A stretch of 64,000 nt of DNA from Microthyrium microscopicum (taxonomy: Eukaryota): the NCBI GenBank assembly GCA_010405405.1, contig MU004237.1:286191-350190 (forward strand), written 5' to 3'. Each line of letters begins with the position of its first letter. Position 1 is the stretch's first letter. The translations under genes were made by a program, and so were the position numbers. Shown one piece after another: positions 47,135 to 60,322 of this stretch. The notes beneath the pieces are model-generated. The model did no database searches. It saw only the letters and a program-made list of their open reading frames with translations, and was not told the DNA's origin.

Positions 47135-48021
47135 GAACGGCCAAAATGCTAGATCTTCCCTAGAACACTGCCATCGATCATAACTGTATGCTAGATCCAA
47201 TTCCTATGGGGATGGTGAGTTCCCGAACTTCCCGTCGTATTAGTGCCAGACGAAAACGATATCTGCTTTTTGCCTTCCAGGGTGGTCACTGAAGAACATA
47301 TTAGCGATGGATAGACATGGAAGTAAAAACAATATATCTGGCCACCAAAGATCCGCTTCCAGCTATAATGCTCCAGGTTTTAGTCTCAGCTTCGAGTACA
47401 TCGCCATGTCGGACTTTGACGCTGTGAAATGAAAACTTATCGCGCATCAAACTTCAATCTCCGGCTACAATTATCGAATATGCTATACAGTTTATGGATC
47501 GCTGCCGAAGGAGCGACTGGGCAACTCGAGCTTCCGCATGAAGTGAGATGTAAAATCATAACCAAATCGTTAAAGCTCACAGAAATTTCCACACCAGAAA
47601 AACATGCACAAGATCAGCGCGAATGTATATGAATGACTTTGTCTGATACCCCTAACCTATTCAGCCAGGAGCTCAATTCCGTCTCAATTGTATACTCGCT
47701 AAACGAAAGAAAAATTCGTCCATGTCCTCGCCTTCATCAGTCATCATCAAGCATTACACCTCCTCCCAGCACCCAAACTCCCAACACCCAGCCTTTTTGA
47801 TGGCCAACGCCAAAACACAACAGACTCCATTGTTACAGCTGGTAATATCCAGCATATCCAGATAAACTATTTTGAAAAAACGAATAAGACTATTGCGAAA
47901 CGAGCTAGAAGGTTTTGCCAACACCAAAACAGCAACAACATGCAAACCAGACTCGCCAAGAAACAAGACCATAGTTTAGCCCCTCAGATACCTACAGGGT
48001 ACCGGGCGCGTCAATAGACGA

Positions 48022-51000
48022 CTAATCAAAGTCCCCCGAATAACTAAATCCTCTGAACTCTTCCTGCATGGCCTGACTCAACACACTCTGTACCGGCGTC
48101 AGCACGGGTGTGACACTGGTAAACTCGCTATCGAAATTCGAAGTGTCCGTAGCATTTTGAATCGTCGGGATAAAAGGCGGCTGGATGCGCTTGTTGTACA
48201 CGTCGTCCCAGTTGATGTTTCTAAAGAATGGCTGACTCATGACTTCTTGTGCGTCCGTTGGTCCAGCGCCTAGTCTGAGCTCCGGTTCGCGGATGAGGAG
48301 TTTTTGAAGGATGGAGACAGAGTCTCGGGCCATGGCGATGGGGTAGAGGGGTTCATCGGCGAGAATGGCGTCGTAAATTTCATCTTCGTCTTCACCGCGG
48401 AAGGGGGATTGCTGGAGCAGCATTTGGTAGATTAGGACACCAAAAGCCCACCAGTCTACTGCGCGGCCGTATTTCTTATCCAGCAAAATCTGGACGGGTT
48501 AGTATAAAGTAGGAATATGCCGAGGGAAATAACTTACCTCTGGAGCCATAAACTCGGGAGTACCACAGAAGGTACTGGTGGTAGAACCATACCACATGTC
48601 CTCTTTACACAGACCGTAATCAGCAATCTTTATATGTCCATCCATCGTCAACAGAATATTGTCGAGCTTCAGATCGCGGTAAATGACACCATTTTCGTGG
48701 AAGTACTTCAGTGCCAAACACACCTCCGCAGCGTAAAACTGTGCTCGCTTTGTGCCAAACGTTCCTCTTTGAATATGCAACATGAGATCACCACCACTGA
48801 TGTACTCTGAGACAAAGTAAACTCTGGTTTCAGTCTGGAAGCATGCGTGAAGGTTGAGCAGGAATGGATGTCGATCCTTGTTGGCTATTAAGAACACTCG
48901 TTTCTCAGACCTGGTACTCTCGACTTCATCATTTTCAATGATAAACTCCTTCTTAAGCACTTTGATAGCATATAGCTTTTTGGTTGCTTTCGTTTCCGCA
49001 AGCATGACTTTGCCGAAATTACCTTTTCCTAACACCGCGAGGAAATTGAAATGATCTAGACCAATACGTCGACCGGTTCCTTGAGCCATGGCGGATGGAG
49101 TGTCTCGTTGGGGTTGCTGCACTTGTGATTGAGCGGCGACAGCTTGTTGAGGTATTTCTTGAGGTTGTTGAATTTGAGGTAGCTGTGGCTGACCGTATGA
49201 TTGCTGATGAGCAGCAGCTTGGGGTTGATATTGGCCAGGTTGTTGGGCCTGTTGAGCATATTGTGCTTGCTGCTGTTGCTGTTGATATTGCTGATATTGT
49301 TGCGCTTGCTGGCTCTGTTCGTAGCTTGCGTATGCTTGTGGGTTGTAGGCCGGTCTTGTATCTGGTGTCTGAGCTGGCTGTTGATATGGTGATTGAGTAC
49401 CATACCCAGGCTGCCCTTGACTGCCCCCATAGTCAGATTGTGTCCTACCATACTGTGGATTTTTAGGCGGCGACGTTCCTGTTCGTCCAGCCAGGGCTGC
49501 AGCGGCAGCAGCAGCAGCAGGTGTTGACTCGGTGCGAGCACCTTGAGGGCGGCCAGGAGAAGGAGGGCCTTGACTTTGACCACTTTGATATGAGGCTCTA
49601 GCAGCATCCAAAGAAGCTTGAGACGGTTGAGCATAATGTCCTATATTGAATTAGAATTTCTTTTAGTAGATGACATGATATGTGCATACCTGGAGGCCCT
49701 TGTGAATCTGATGGAGTTGGAGGAGTTGGCTTCTGTTGCAGTTGTTGCTGGCCAGGTCGAAGTCTTCTGTTAGTCATTGACACTGATCCAGTTCGCCGTC
49801 TGGTGTTTTGAATCTCGCTGAGAATCATATTGGCCTTCTCCATAGACATGCCGCAGAAATCAGGAACGAAATGTGTACATGCCGCATGGCAAGTGAGAGC
49901 GCATTCTGTAGATTGTCAGCACTTTTCTCAGTACTCTCAGAAAATCAAACTTACCGCTACACTTTCTGCAGTTACTCTTTCCAAGAGGCAACATATATCC
50001 ACAATGGCAACACCAATTTGCACTAAGGTTGGCGAACGTATTCCAACGATGAGGAATCCGATGATTGATTTTACCCTCATCTGGATCCGTCTCTGCATTG
50101 GACTGTGTAATACACTTGGTGACAACCTTTTTGTAACAATTCTTGTGGCACGTGAACTTGCAGTCCGCGCATTGCATACCAGCAGCGTTCTTGAGAAATT
50201 CGCCACAGAGAGCGCATCGCATGACGCTGAAAAATTGTTGTTGAACAAACTTATGACCATACTGCTCATGGACTTCCTCCTTCTTCTGACGCACAGCGCC
50301 TTGACGGCCCAATCCCAGATCAAATTGCTGCTTGTTGCGATTTTGCTTGTTAAAACTGATGGTAAGCTGGATTCTCCCTACAGGTTCAACGGCAAACCAA
50401 GCAGTAATGAACACTGGCCCAGCTGGCTGGTTGCTTGGAGGAGTTGGCCTAGGAGAAGGCGCACCTGGGCGACCTTGCTGATTTGGAGGAGGTTGAAATT
50501 GTATATCAGGACGGATTCCGGAGGCCTCCATTTGATTTGCAGACACCCACCCATTGCTGTTAAATTCGGATTCAATCTTCTTTCGTCGCATTTCCTCTAC
50601 AATATCAGAGATTCTGATCCATAACATTCCAATAGGCATGGCCTGTTCGCCGTTCCGATCGTATACGGTAAGTTCAATCTCATTGGCCTTGTCCACGTCA
50701 ATATCATGGCTTTCCTGCTCCCAGCGACCATTTCGTGTGCCCTTGGTCCGAACTTTGAAATTGTCTTCAACTTTGACAATCACAAAGGTTTCCGGTCCTC
50801 GACTAAACCGACCGGTGGCGGCATGGTCGACATCGGCGACTGCATGGATTTTGATAGAGAAGCGACCGGTTAAAGGTTTGCGCTGACTGGGAACGTTTAC
50901 ACTATCATCTGGATCAAAAATTAGTAATTGTGGATAATCAAGATGAACTCTCAAAATACCGTCGTCGTGCTCGTCATCGCCAAAATCAGGAATATTGACA

Positions 51001-51665
51001 TCAGCATAGCGCCGAAGTGCTTGCTTGAGAAGTTGTATCTTTTGGTTACTTTCGATACCCTTATTCTCCGCATCTTGCTTGCTTTTACGATCACCCTCAA
51101 GCTGATACAATTTACTCATCTTGTCAATGCCTTCCTTGTACTGCTTTTCAACACTGAGTTTGAATTCGAGTTGCGACAGCATGAGCTGGATTCGGGGGCC
51201 GAGATGAGGAGTGTCATATTTGATCAAGTCTATTATAGTCAGTCAATGTCACTAAAACTCTCGAACCACCATACCAAGCTTGCTATAATTTGGTCTGGGT
51301 TTTGGTATACCAGGACCGGGACCAGACCTTGCATATGGGGCCGCTGGAGCAGCTAAGCCATCCGGTCCATATTGTTGTTGACCGTATTGTCCTTGTTGAT
51401 CGTAACCGGAAGCACCATAACCACCATCTTGATTAAGATTCATATCTCCCATTCGAGAGTTCATAACCTTCTCCTGGTGATCACGAAGGCGTGACTCGAG
51501 ATATTCTATATTCTTGCGGCCATCGCGAATCTTGGTATCGAGACCCTGCAAAACGAGCGGATTGGTGGTCGACTGTCGCATTTGGTTCGCGGCAGTAATA
51601 AGGGTCTTCTCCCGCTCGATTTTGCCGGTGATGGTACGCACCAGCTCATCATCGCTGCTACTCAT
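48022..51665 (-). CDS. PKC1: Protein kinase C (HR1 x2, C2, C1 x2, Q/A/P-rich linker, kinase)
   Basis: RQGAVRQK pseudosubstrate, [47 protein letters not shown] hydrophobic motif. Confidence 0.97.
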
Positions 51666-52737
51666 GGTGGCTGGGTATCAATGTAGACAATGCCCGCAAT
51701 TGCGGGGCAGAGGGGGGAGTTGTTTTGCTGTAGATATTGGGATCAAAAGCGAGCCGATAAAGTCGAGAGGAAGGAAAGGTGCCAATGCAAGATACGGAAG
51801 AGGAATTTAGGAACCGGCGGGTACAGTCGGGGCAAATATAGCGGTGTTGGCGGTATGACGGGTAGTGTGCCCAAAAGAGGCCGGGCAAGACAACAACAAT
51901 GTATGGGGTGACTGTCTCTCAAACGGGCGGGGATGGATAAGACTGGACAACGGGCCAGACAAACTTGTGTAAAATAATGAATTTAGACGCGAGACATGTA
52001 GGAGAGGTCGCTTGGGGAAAAGGAGAGCAAGCGGGAGGTTCTGATGTTGAGATAAGTGGATGGAGGAGGAGAGTTGTTGGACCAGGCTGGTTTGGGCTGT
52101 TGATTTTGGACCTCTGGTGGTTGAGTCTGTTTGGCAGTGGCCAGTGGCGGGGCTGAGTCTTTCCTTCCTCTTCTAGAAATCTCAAATCTCAACACCATCT
52201 TCTTGCTTCCTACTCCTCCCTTCTTGCCATCTTGACCGTGGAACATCCATTGCTACCTTGAGATGGAATGCTACTTTATATTGCTGCTCTATCTCAGTAA
52301 TAAACATCAGAATCCCCTGAAGTAAAGCTTACCGGATCGCCTCTTCCTCTCTCTAATCGGGGCTGTGTTCACACTATTGCTTTCAGCCATGGCCTCGTCT
52401 ATCTGTTTGCCTGCCCAACCGCCTGAAATCTACTGATGTTTTGCCGATTACTGCTTCCATCTGACAAGCATCTTCCAGATAGGTTAATCACACTGTAGCC
52501 CGGCAATATCAACTATTTCCATTATCATTATGCTTTCTCGCCAGAAGCTTGACACTAGTAGCACCGGAGACTGTTTATCCGAATGCGCAACTGAATATCA
52601 ATCCCCAACAACTAACAGCGCCCTCTATCCGCACTACAATTGTTCAATATCGCTCTTAACACGCGCCTGCCATTTCCAACTTGCTTTGCTTTGCTGTCCA
52701 CCCCGTCGCCATCATTTTTCTTCCCATCATGCTCCTC

Positions 52738-53376
52738 TCAGACCTCAAAATACGACCGTCTCGATTCACCCAATGATACACCCAACGATACCTTATGCGC
52801 CCTCTTGATCTCCTTCATTTTCAATATTCTCATGATCGAAATGCCCAGTATCACCAACCAGCAAACCAACACTCCCACCCCTAAATATGCTTTCACCGCT
52901 CCATGCGCCAGTAGCGGCCCTTTATACGGGCAAAAGCTATACTGTGGGCCTTTGATCTCGCAGCTAAACCATAAACTGATTTGTGCGATCCACGCAACCG
53001 TGAAGATGGAGGAGAGTATGATGCATGTTATATTGGCGATATCTCCCCGACATTCGATGATGAATAGTGGGACGTTGAGGAGGAATGTGAAGATGGATGT
53101 CATGAATGCGTAGATGCCAAAACTGTTCCTGTGAGTTATGTTAGTCTGATGTCGTGGACATGGGGGTTGAGGTATGTACCCGAGTTTGAGGCCGCTGGAT
53201 TGGATACTTCGCATCCAGAAGCCGGTTACGATTATATCTGCTGCGTTCATGAGGAGCATGAGTAGTAGAGCTGAAAATTGCCAGAAGTGTGATGTCCGTA
53301 GAACATTTGATTGAACTGCAGAAGTGTGCCGCTCAGCGACCCGCGGTGACTGAAGTGCGTTTTTTGCTTCTTTCAT
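52738..53376 (-). CDS. Four-TM MARVEL-like membrane protein
   Basis: Four hydrophobic segments with a Cys pair in the second loop. Probable in-frame intron near 53129-53179. Confidence 0.6.
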   Translation of the reverse strand: MKEAKNALQSPRVAERHTSAVQSNVLRTSHFWQFSALLLMLLMNAADIIVTGFWMRSIQSSGLKLGYIPQPPCPRHQTNITHRNSFGIYAFMTSIFTFLLNVPLFIIECRGDIANITCIILSSIFTVAWIAQISLWFSCEIKGPQYSFCPYKGPLLAHGAVKAYLGVGVLVCWLVILGISIMRILKMKEIKRAHKVSLGVSLGESRRSYFEV

Positions 53377-54576
53377 TTTTGACGTAATGGGATGGTGTAG
53401 TGACGACGTGCGATGCTGACGCTTATGGATATACGCTGATGAAAAGATGATGGTGGAGTTGATGATTGTCGACTATGGTTTGTATAGATGAGTTAGATGT
53501 CAGGGACGACAGTTCCTTAAATGCTCTTTGAGACTCATCATCGAGAGGTTAGAGACCATGAGCAATATAGCTTTTGCTGTGTAAAGCTTTGCTAGCATAC
53601 CGTGGTAGTTGGATGGCACCCAAAATCGTCTCTACCAAAATACAACACTGAGCTCTCAGCCTTGTCCGGCGCCAAGTTTCGCTCAATCATATCAACGAAA
53701 GTACTCAGCCTCGCCTCTGATCTTTGATGCGCGCATCAGACAACCAACGGAAATTCTTCATGGTAGATCTCAAAGCATGAAATGACGAATGGGAGCAGGC
53801 GCGATATGTTTGTTGAAATCAGGTCCGCGCGACTATTAGCGCAAGGCTGAAAATCTACCCGCCGAACCAACAGCACCGCTGTTTCATGTTATTTGATCAT
53901 CATAATGCGATCGGCTTTATTCAGTATTAACTGCGGCGATGGTGTGAACGGCAGCTATCTTGCTGACAGTCGACTTGCATAATGATGTTATTGATAGCAT
54001 TGTTGTATGTTGAATTAGCTAGCTAGACACACCATGACGCTCAATTCATTCACCACAAAGAATAGAGTCATTCCAAACGAAACAATGCATAGTTACGCCC
54101 TTGGAGATAGAGGACATTCTGGGAAGTACCTATTCTTAGGTAGTGATGGTGATGTTATGAAACTTCAAGCTCCACTACGCTGTAGACATCACTGCATCAC
54201 CAATTCACAACCTGAAGTAATTTTAGAAAAATAAAAGCATTGGCCAGTTGAAATCACACCTCGGATTCAAATCTCTGCATTTTCGATAGAACATCGAAGT
54301 TTTCAGCTTTTGCCAAATCGCTAGGCTGAACATGTAACATGAGTTTTAACCTTCAGCCTCAAATTTCGAAATCGCGAGACGTTCCAATTTTCGCACAAAA
54401 TTATACTCATTGCAAGCAGAGCCATTTACTTGAAAAGTAACATCTTTATTTTGGCGATACACCTTTATGCGCGAAGTAATTCAGCAGTGATGTTCCTAGC
54501 ATTTAACACAACAGACCCTCTCTCTACCATTTCAAACCAATGCTGCCTGTACGCCATAGCTTAAAGGCGTTCAACT

Positions 54577-55159
54577 CTAATCAGAAAGATTGAAAAGTTT
54601 GACCACAACCCCAGCGAGGAAACACAAGGTGTGTTGCAACAGTAAGATGAGCATCAGATTTAACTTCCATTCAACCCAGGAGCTATCCACCGGAATTCTG
54701 GACCTGAACCATAACCTGCGTGCCGTAAGTAAAGCATTCATCAATCTGTTCAAATGTTCTCCCGAAACCTTACGGGGCCAGTAACACCATCCAATACAGA
54801 CAATAGTGTGGGGCCTCGACAATTACTCGGTGGAATGCTGGACCGGTCTTTTTGGCGAGGAGAGGAATCAGCGAGTTGAACATGCTGTAGTCGATGATCG
54901 ATAGCAGAGATTTCCCTAGAAGGATTCCGGAAGGCGAATAGTTTATGCGGGAATTGCCCGGTGTTGCTTGTGGGATGACATATAGCTGGTAGAAACCGGC
55001 AAGTTGAGCAACAGTCCTGTTGTTGTTAGCGTGCGAACCCAATCAATGGGGTTGATATAGTACTTACTGTGCAGTATGCATGTATGTTTCAAGCACCACA
55101 TCCATTGGCCGATTCCCGGAGGGCAGCAAAGCCGAAGAAGTCACTAACCATCTCATCAT
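54577..55159 (-). CDS. Orphan multi-TM protein, family copy 3 (5' end uncertain)
   Basis: Exons 55159-55068, 55016-54774 and 54715-54577 with two phase-2 introns. Last exon contains ..PVDSSWVEWKLNL. Confidence 0.55.
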
Positions 55160-55543
55160 CGTTGCATATGGCCTCGATCTGTGTATCAGCTTGACAAGAT
55201 GAACGAGTATCAAAATGAGTCAATATTTCGTAACTCAAAGTCTAGCATACGATTGGACGAGCTTGTGGGTTACGAACTGAAGCAATGCATATTTATATCA
55301 AATTGGATGTTCTGCGATTGTGTTCACGCAATTGCGATATTCTTGGAATTAGCTTGCTAACAACTCATTGTTATGACCTGTTGTATTTCTTGATTGTTGA
55401 ATGAGCATAGCAAATTAACGAGGACTCAACAAAGGGCGTCGAGATCTGACGAGTGTGACTATGATCTAGTATTCTGGTACTGACCAAGAACGTTACTCTC
55501 ATCATGCTTTCAATGTATATCCAGATCCTCCATCTCGCCCTGC

Positions 55544-56533
55544 TCAATCCTGAATGCGTTGGTTACAAAACGGCGGCACCGCATAATAAATAAACGCGTG
55601 TATAACACACGCTGCCAAATCGCCCACCCAATGCACCCAGTGATACGTCCACCGATGACTCGCCGCCATCAGTCCCAAACACCTCGCCGGATTACACGAC
55701 AGTCCCAAATACCCCGGTCGTGCAATCCCACCCGCCAACAACGCAATTGCGCTGGATATGCCGACCAGAAACGGCCCCAAGCCTGGCCCAAACGATCCCG
55801 AATTGCGTGGATCTAACCCCAAGCCAAACGCTAGAAACAGCACAAACAACGCGCCCATAGTTTCCAGCGCAAATGCTTGCCTGCCCGGTATCTCAGAAGA
55901 ATCAATATAGCACCCCGGACTGAACGTAAGAACAGAAGGTTCTCCACCAAGCGCAGCACGCAGAACATACGCGCCCACAACACCGCCTATACAATGCGCA
56001 ATAATATACAGCACCATTCGTGGCAAACTCGTCAATTTCGCAAGAAATGTCGCAAACGTAATCAACGGACTCAGATGCGCACCCGTCACAGGTCCCAAAC
56101 TGAATATAAACAACGTCACCAACCCACACTGTACGGCCGCTGCCACCACCACGGGCACCAAGGCACCCAACTTTGTTGCCGTCGCGAGGTTCGATGTCCC
56201 ATGTGCGACGAGCCCGGCTATGAAGACCCAGAGGGCTAACGCGATGCCTTCGATTGCTGCGTATCGCCAGATGTGCACGTCACGAAAGGGGCGGAGGGAG
56301 AGGATGTGGATCCATTTAGGCGATTGGACTGCGTCAGGGTTCGTGTGTTGGACTGTTTGGTAGTCTGGATCGCTGGTTGCGATGGCGGCGAGTTGGTTGC
56401 CTCCGAGACGGCCGACGAAGGGTTGGGAGTTTATGTGGTTGTGAGGGATTGGGGCGGAGAGGTTTGTGCGCCAGCGTTGGATTGGAGGTGGGTCATCTTT
56501 TGCGCTGGTCGTTGGCTCGAGGAGTTTGTCCAT
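55544..56533 (-). CDS. Major intrinsic protein (aquaporin), XIP subfamily
   Basis: GAHLSPLIT (first NPA replaced by SPL), SCNPARC, PGC loop motif, HWVHWVG. Confidence 0.9.
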   Translation of the reverse strand: MDKLLEPTTSAKDDPPPIQRWRTNLSAPIPHNHINSQPFVGRLGGNQLAAIATSDPDYQTVQHTNPDAVQSPKWIHILSLRPFRDVHIWRYAAIEGIALALWVFIAGLVAHGTSNLATATKLGALVPVVVAAAVQCGLVTLFIFSLGPVTGAHLSPLITFATFLAKLTSLPRMVLYIIAHCIGGVVGAYVLRAALGGEPSVLTFSPGCYIDSSEIPGRQAFALETMGALFVLFLAFGLGLDPRNSGSFGPGLGPFLVGISSAIALLAGGIARPGYLGLSCNPARCLGLMAASHRWTYHWVHWVGDLAACVIHAFIYYAVPPFCNQRIQD

Positions 56534-57065
56534 TGTGATGACGGGAAAGAGTTATTTGTGTAAGAATTGAGTTATTGTTGAAGATGGAAGTTGAATGTGA
56601 GCATTTTGCAACGGCGTGTAAGCTGATATGGGGAGAAATATGCTAGGATAGTGGTATCTAGATGTAGAGATAAGTAATATATCACAGTGACAGAGGTTGG
56701 TAGAGAGAAAAGATTGTATGAGACATGATGTTATTGGATCTAGCTACAGGTTAGATGTACGATACTAGTAGGTTGAGAACTACAAGTCGTTGTACTGATA
56801 TCATAAGTGGAGTAGCAAGGGCATTGCGTAAAATCTTTTTGCTTTTGTGAAGATAAAGAACAGTCAAGGAAGATCTTGATCGGAGAACGGCGAGAACTAC
56901 AGTTGCATAACTTGCTAAGCCTATATTGGCAGCTATTCCCGACTCATCGACTCAACGACTGCCAATGTCAACTTCGATCAACCTCCATCACAAATCCATC
57001 GCACACTCTTAACACAGCTCTTCTTCATCTCTCCGCTCAAGGCGATAGAAACAGTGAAAAACTTG

Positions 57066-57223
57066 AAAAAAATGGTTTGGCTTCTCTTTGAGTTGCGTGT
57101 GTCATCCTTAGTGCAGGGGCCATGCTAACTAGGAGTTTGTTAGTATAAGATCATCTTCAACAAGGTGATCGGGGTACGTACTCTTCTCTGTATTGTTTCA
57201 ATTTGACCATGTGCCACGAGGGC
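57066..57223 (-). ncRNA. U6: U6 spliceosomal snRNA gene containing a 53-nt spliceosomal intron (57129..57181)
   Basis: Minus strand reads GCCCTCGTGGCACATGGTCAAATTGAAACAATACAGAGAAGA[intron]TTAGCATGGCCCCTGCACTAAGGATGACAC...TTTTTTT. It has the ACAGAGA box, AGC triad, ISL, internal A-box TGGTCAAATTG and Pol III T7 terminator. Confidence 0.97.
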
Positions 57224-57630
57224 GGAAAGGAAAAGAGAAATGCAAGATGGCAGAGGGATCAAGGTCTTAAGTACCACGCAGCATGGCGAGGCAGCAGCGT
57301 GGTCACTGGATAAACGTGACTTGGACCGTGGACTGGAAGCCTACCACGATATGCGCCACCATCAAAAAGTTTCTTCAAGCGCGATCACCAAGGAACGTGA
57401 CTTGTTGCCTATTTGCTACCTTTGAAATGATCACTGACCACGGCCAATGGATTTTCCGGTGCCAAACGAGTAAGATTCGGCTTAAACCTTGCGATCTTGG
57501 CCGTTGATCGGTGCGAATGCGTCGCTGTCACTGCATCATTGAAAGGCATTAGTGCTTTTCAGGTCTATCAAAAGATTGGCAAGATCATTGGCAAGAGCAA
57601 CCTAACAGTAAAAGTCTTGATTTCGAGCAT

Positions 57631-58338
57631 CTATCTTCCAGTCCAAAGCTTTGGTCCAGGAATCGGATAGCTGGTAAACTTCTTATACAAGTCAAAGTGA
57701 ATACCGCCATCATTTGGCGAATACAACCGACTTCCAGGCACACCTCCACTTATCGCACTTGATCCGCCTCCAGTAACCTTAATGTTGGCGCACTGAGGGT
57801 ACAATTGTGCCTGGCCTTGTCCACCACCATGCAGAGCGATAATCTCGTGTCGAATAACATAGTTGCCCGCCTTGAGCGAAGCTGGAATAACTGCAGTAGC
57901 GACATTTCCCCTCTTCATCATGGCGTCCGATGCCCACACGCCATTGCGGAAACCACCTTCTGCGATTTTGACGAATTGTAGACTAGCCTTGTTGACTGTT
58001 GTGCATTCGCCAGGGCATGCAGCGAGGTATGTCAACACTGGTCCTTTATGTGAGTCCGCCCAGGTGCTCCACTTCATCTTGAGGGTGTCGCCGGCTGCGA
58101 TGTTGAGATATTCTACACCCGGAGTAGCGTTCTTGTGGCAGATGATGTTTGGGCTGCTGAGTTCATTGGTACCAACAAAGCCATTATCGCCATTGTTTGC
58201 TTTCCAGGCTGCTGTCTTATCTTTTTTCCAGTAGTCTGCGCCGACTTCTGATGCAGTGCTGGAGGACCATTGCGAGACCAGGCCGTGGCCATGGCTGAAG
58301 CCAACGAGGGCCGAGACGAGAAGTGCTGTTGATTTCAT
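57631..58338 (-). CDS. AA9 (GH61) lytic polysaccharide monooxygenase
   Basis: Signal peptide then His1 (HGLV); IICHK; SHKGPV.YLA; RHEIIALH; AQLYPQC; YPIPGP. No CBM. Confidence 0.95.
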   Translation of the reverse strand: MKSTALLVSALVGFSHGHGLVSQWSSSTASEVGADYWKKDKTAAWKANNGDNGFVGTNELSSPNIICHKNATPGVEYLNIAAGDTLKMKWSTWADSHKGPVLTYLAACPGECTTVNKASLQFVKIAEGGFRNGVWASDAMMKRGNVATAVIPASLKAGNYVIRHEIIALHGGGQGQAQLYPQCANIKVTGGGSSAISGGVPGSRLYSPNDGGIHFDLYKKFTSYPIPGPKLWTGR

Positions 58339-60322
58339 GATGTGAGTCTGTAGCGAATGTGTGTGTTTCTGGGCGAGCAAGAAAGAGGTGCGAGCTTGAA
58401 TTGCAAGGCAAGTCTTTATTCTATTCATATGCTAGCATCTTATGATCCATCCATCCGTCCTTATTTTGCCATGATTCTATTGCTTCCAATGACCTACCGC
58501 ATTGATGAAAATCTCCGGCATAAATTTCCGCTCAATATACCTCCCGCCACATCGTGTTGTTTACCTGGGTCAATGAGAGGTCGATTTCCACGAATGCGGC
58601 TATGGTATTGGTCAAAGCCCAGCTCAGCTTCCCGATCCAATCGAAATTATCTAGATGAAACTTGACAAGGCTGACGACAACCAACGAAACACGTTTGCTC
58701 TGCAATATACAGCTGTCAACCCTACCTGGTATGACTAGGAATTACCCCAGATATTTTTCTAGCTCGTCCTTGGACCCTGTACTCCCTAACTTCTTGACTG
58801 AAAATCTAGGAACAGACGGACCTGGGCTCCGGTGTTGGTATCCTGGCTGGCCGTCCATGATACCCTTCTGAGATGTCTGGTAGTTTCCATCTCCTATTCC
58901 ACTATTATACTGCAAAATCCGGTAACTTGCTGCTACGGTAATCAATTCAAGAATATGTTAGGGAGCGAATAACTGTTCAGAGATGTCACTGATTATTCTC
59001 ACATAACGTAGTCACTAGATCAGAATAGACGCTATACAAGAAGGATACAGTTGGAGTTGAATAGATACAGAATGAGTGACAGGTCTCTTTGCACGTACAT
59101 ATTCGCCATGAGAATGACGCTTGGAAGCCCATTCATTACTCCACTTCTGAGTGAAAAATGGCACGGTCAGCACTCTGATTATGTTATCAGGACATTGATG
59201 TTTGGGGAAACTAAGAAGCGCATTGCGACACTTTATCACACTGGCAGTCACTCATTCAAGATGTTGAGAACAATCCTAGATTCTTTTAATGCCATACACT
59301 TTGGGTCTCTTTTGAAACTAGAATCAAAACTAGAAATCAAGTTATTAGAGAATGAGTTTAAATCGTAGTTGACAATGTGGTAGTTATATACGAATGACTG
59401 AGAATTCCTGATGTACTAATCCCGTACGCGGGCGATATTAGGTCCAAATATTGCAGATGAAGGCGCCTATTATATTACGACACTAGCCTGATGCAGAACA
59501 ATAGTCACCTCGACAAGATAAAGCTAAACGACAATTACCGACATGACCTTACCCGAGATCAATTCCGCGACAAGATAAGATCAAAAATCGAATCGAATCG
59601 TAAAAAATCCGCGGGATTTTGATAATATGCACCTCCAATAACATTGGGGCTGTGTTATGAAGTTTTGCTATTTTGATTTCAGACTTTCTTTTTGGTGGGT
59701 ATACTTCTGAATCCTTCTTCAGTGAGAGAAGCACGGTGAGATGTGTTAGAGTTTGAGCGCGCTGAAGTTGAGTTGAAGTTTCCCATGCTCTTGCTCTGAC
59801 CATTTGTTTTGAATTGAATTGAAGTGAGCCTGAGTTCATGATTCTCACTATTTGACATATTTCTAGCGCGTCACCAAAAGAAGGCGATTGAGTCTGTGGT
59901 CTACTTTGAGTTTGATCCTGTGACTACTAAACAAATACTGAAGCTCCAAGTTGCTTATAATGGCTCATTCTCTGTTGTCTTGGTCCTGGCAACTGCCATC
60001 TTAGCTATCTCAAAGTCTCTTGACTCCTTCAATAAGAGCCTCACTCTTTGCTCAGTTTGACGTCTATATCACTACCAGCTGAAACCTCACTCGCTATTCC
60101 AGCCACTTCTACCATGGATTTGCTGTGCTTAAAAGCTAGAGCTCCCTGTCATCTCTTGCAACTTCGCACCCACACTTGACAGCCTTGTTCGCATCATACC
60201 CAAGCGGAAGAGTTGACTTCTTGGTTCCCACCGTCAGACTTTGTCACCAAGCTCGCCTTATCCCAGCCTTCTCAAGATAACAGTAAGTATAGAGAAAACA
60301 GTGGTCACAATTCAATCTAACA

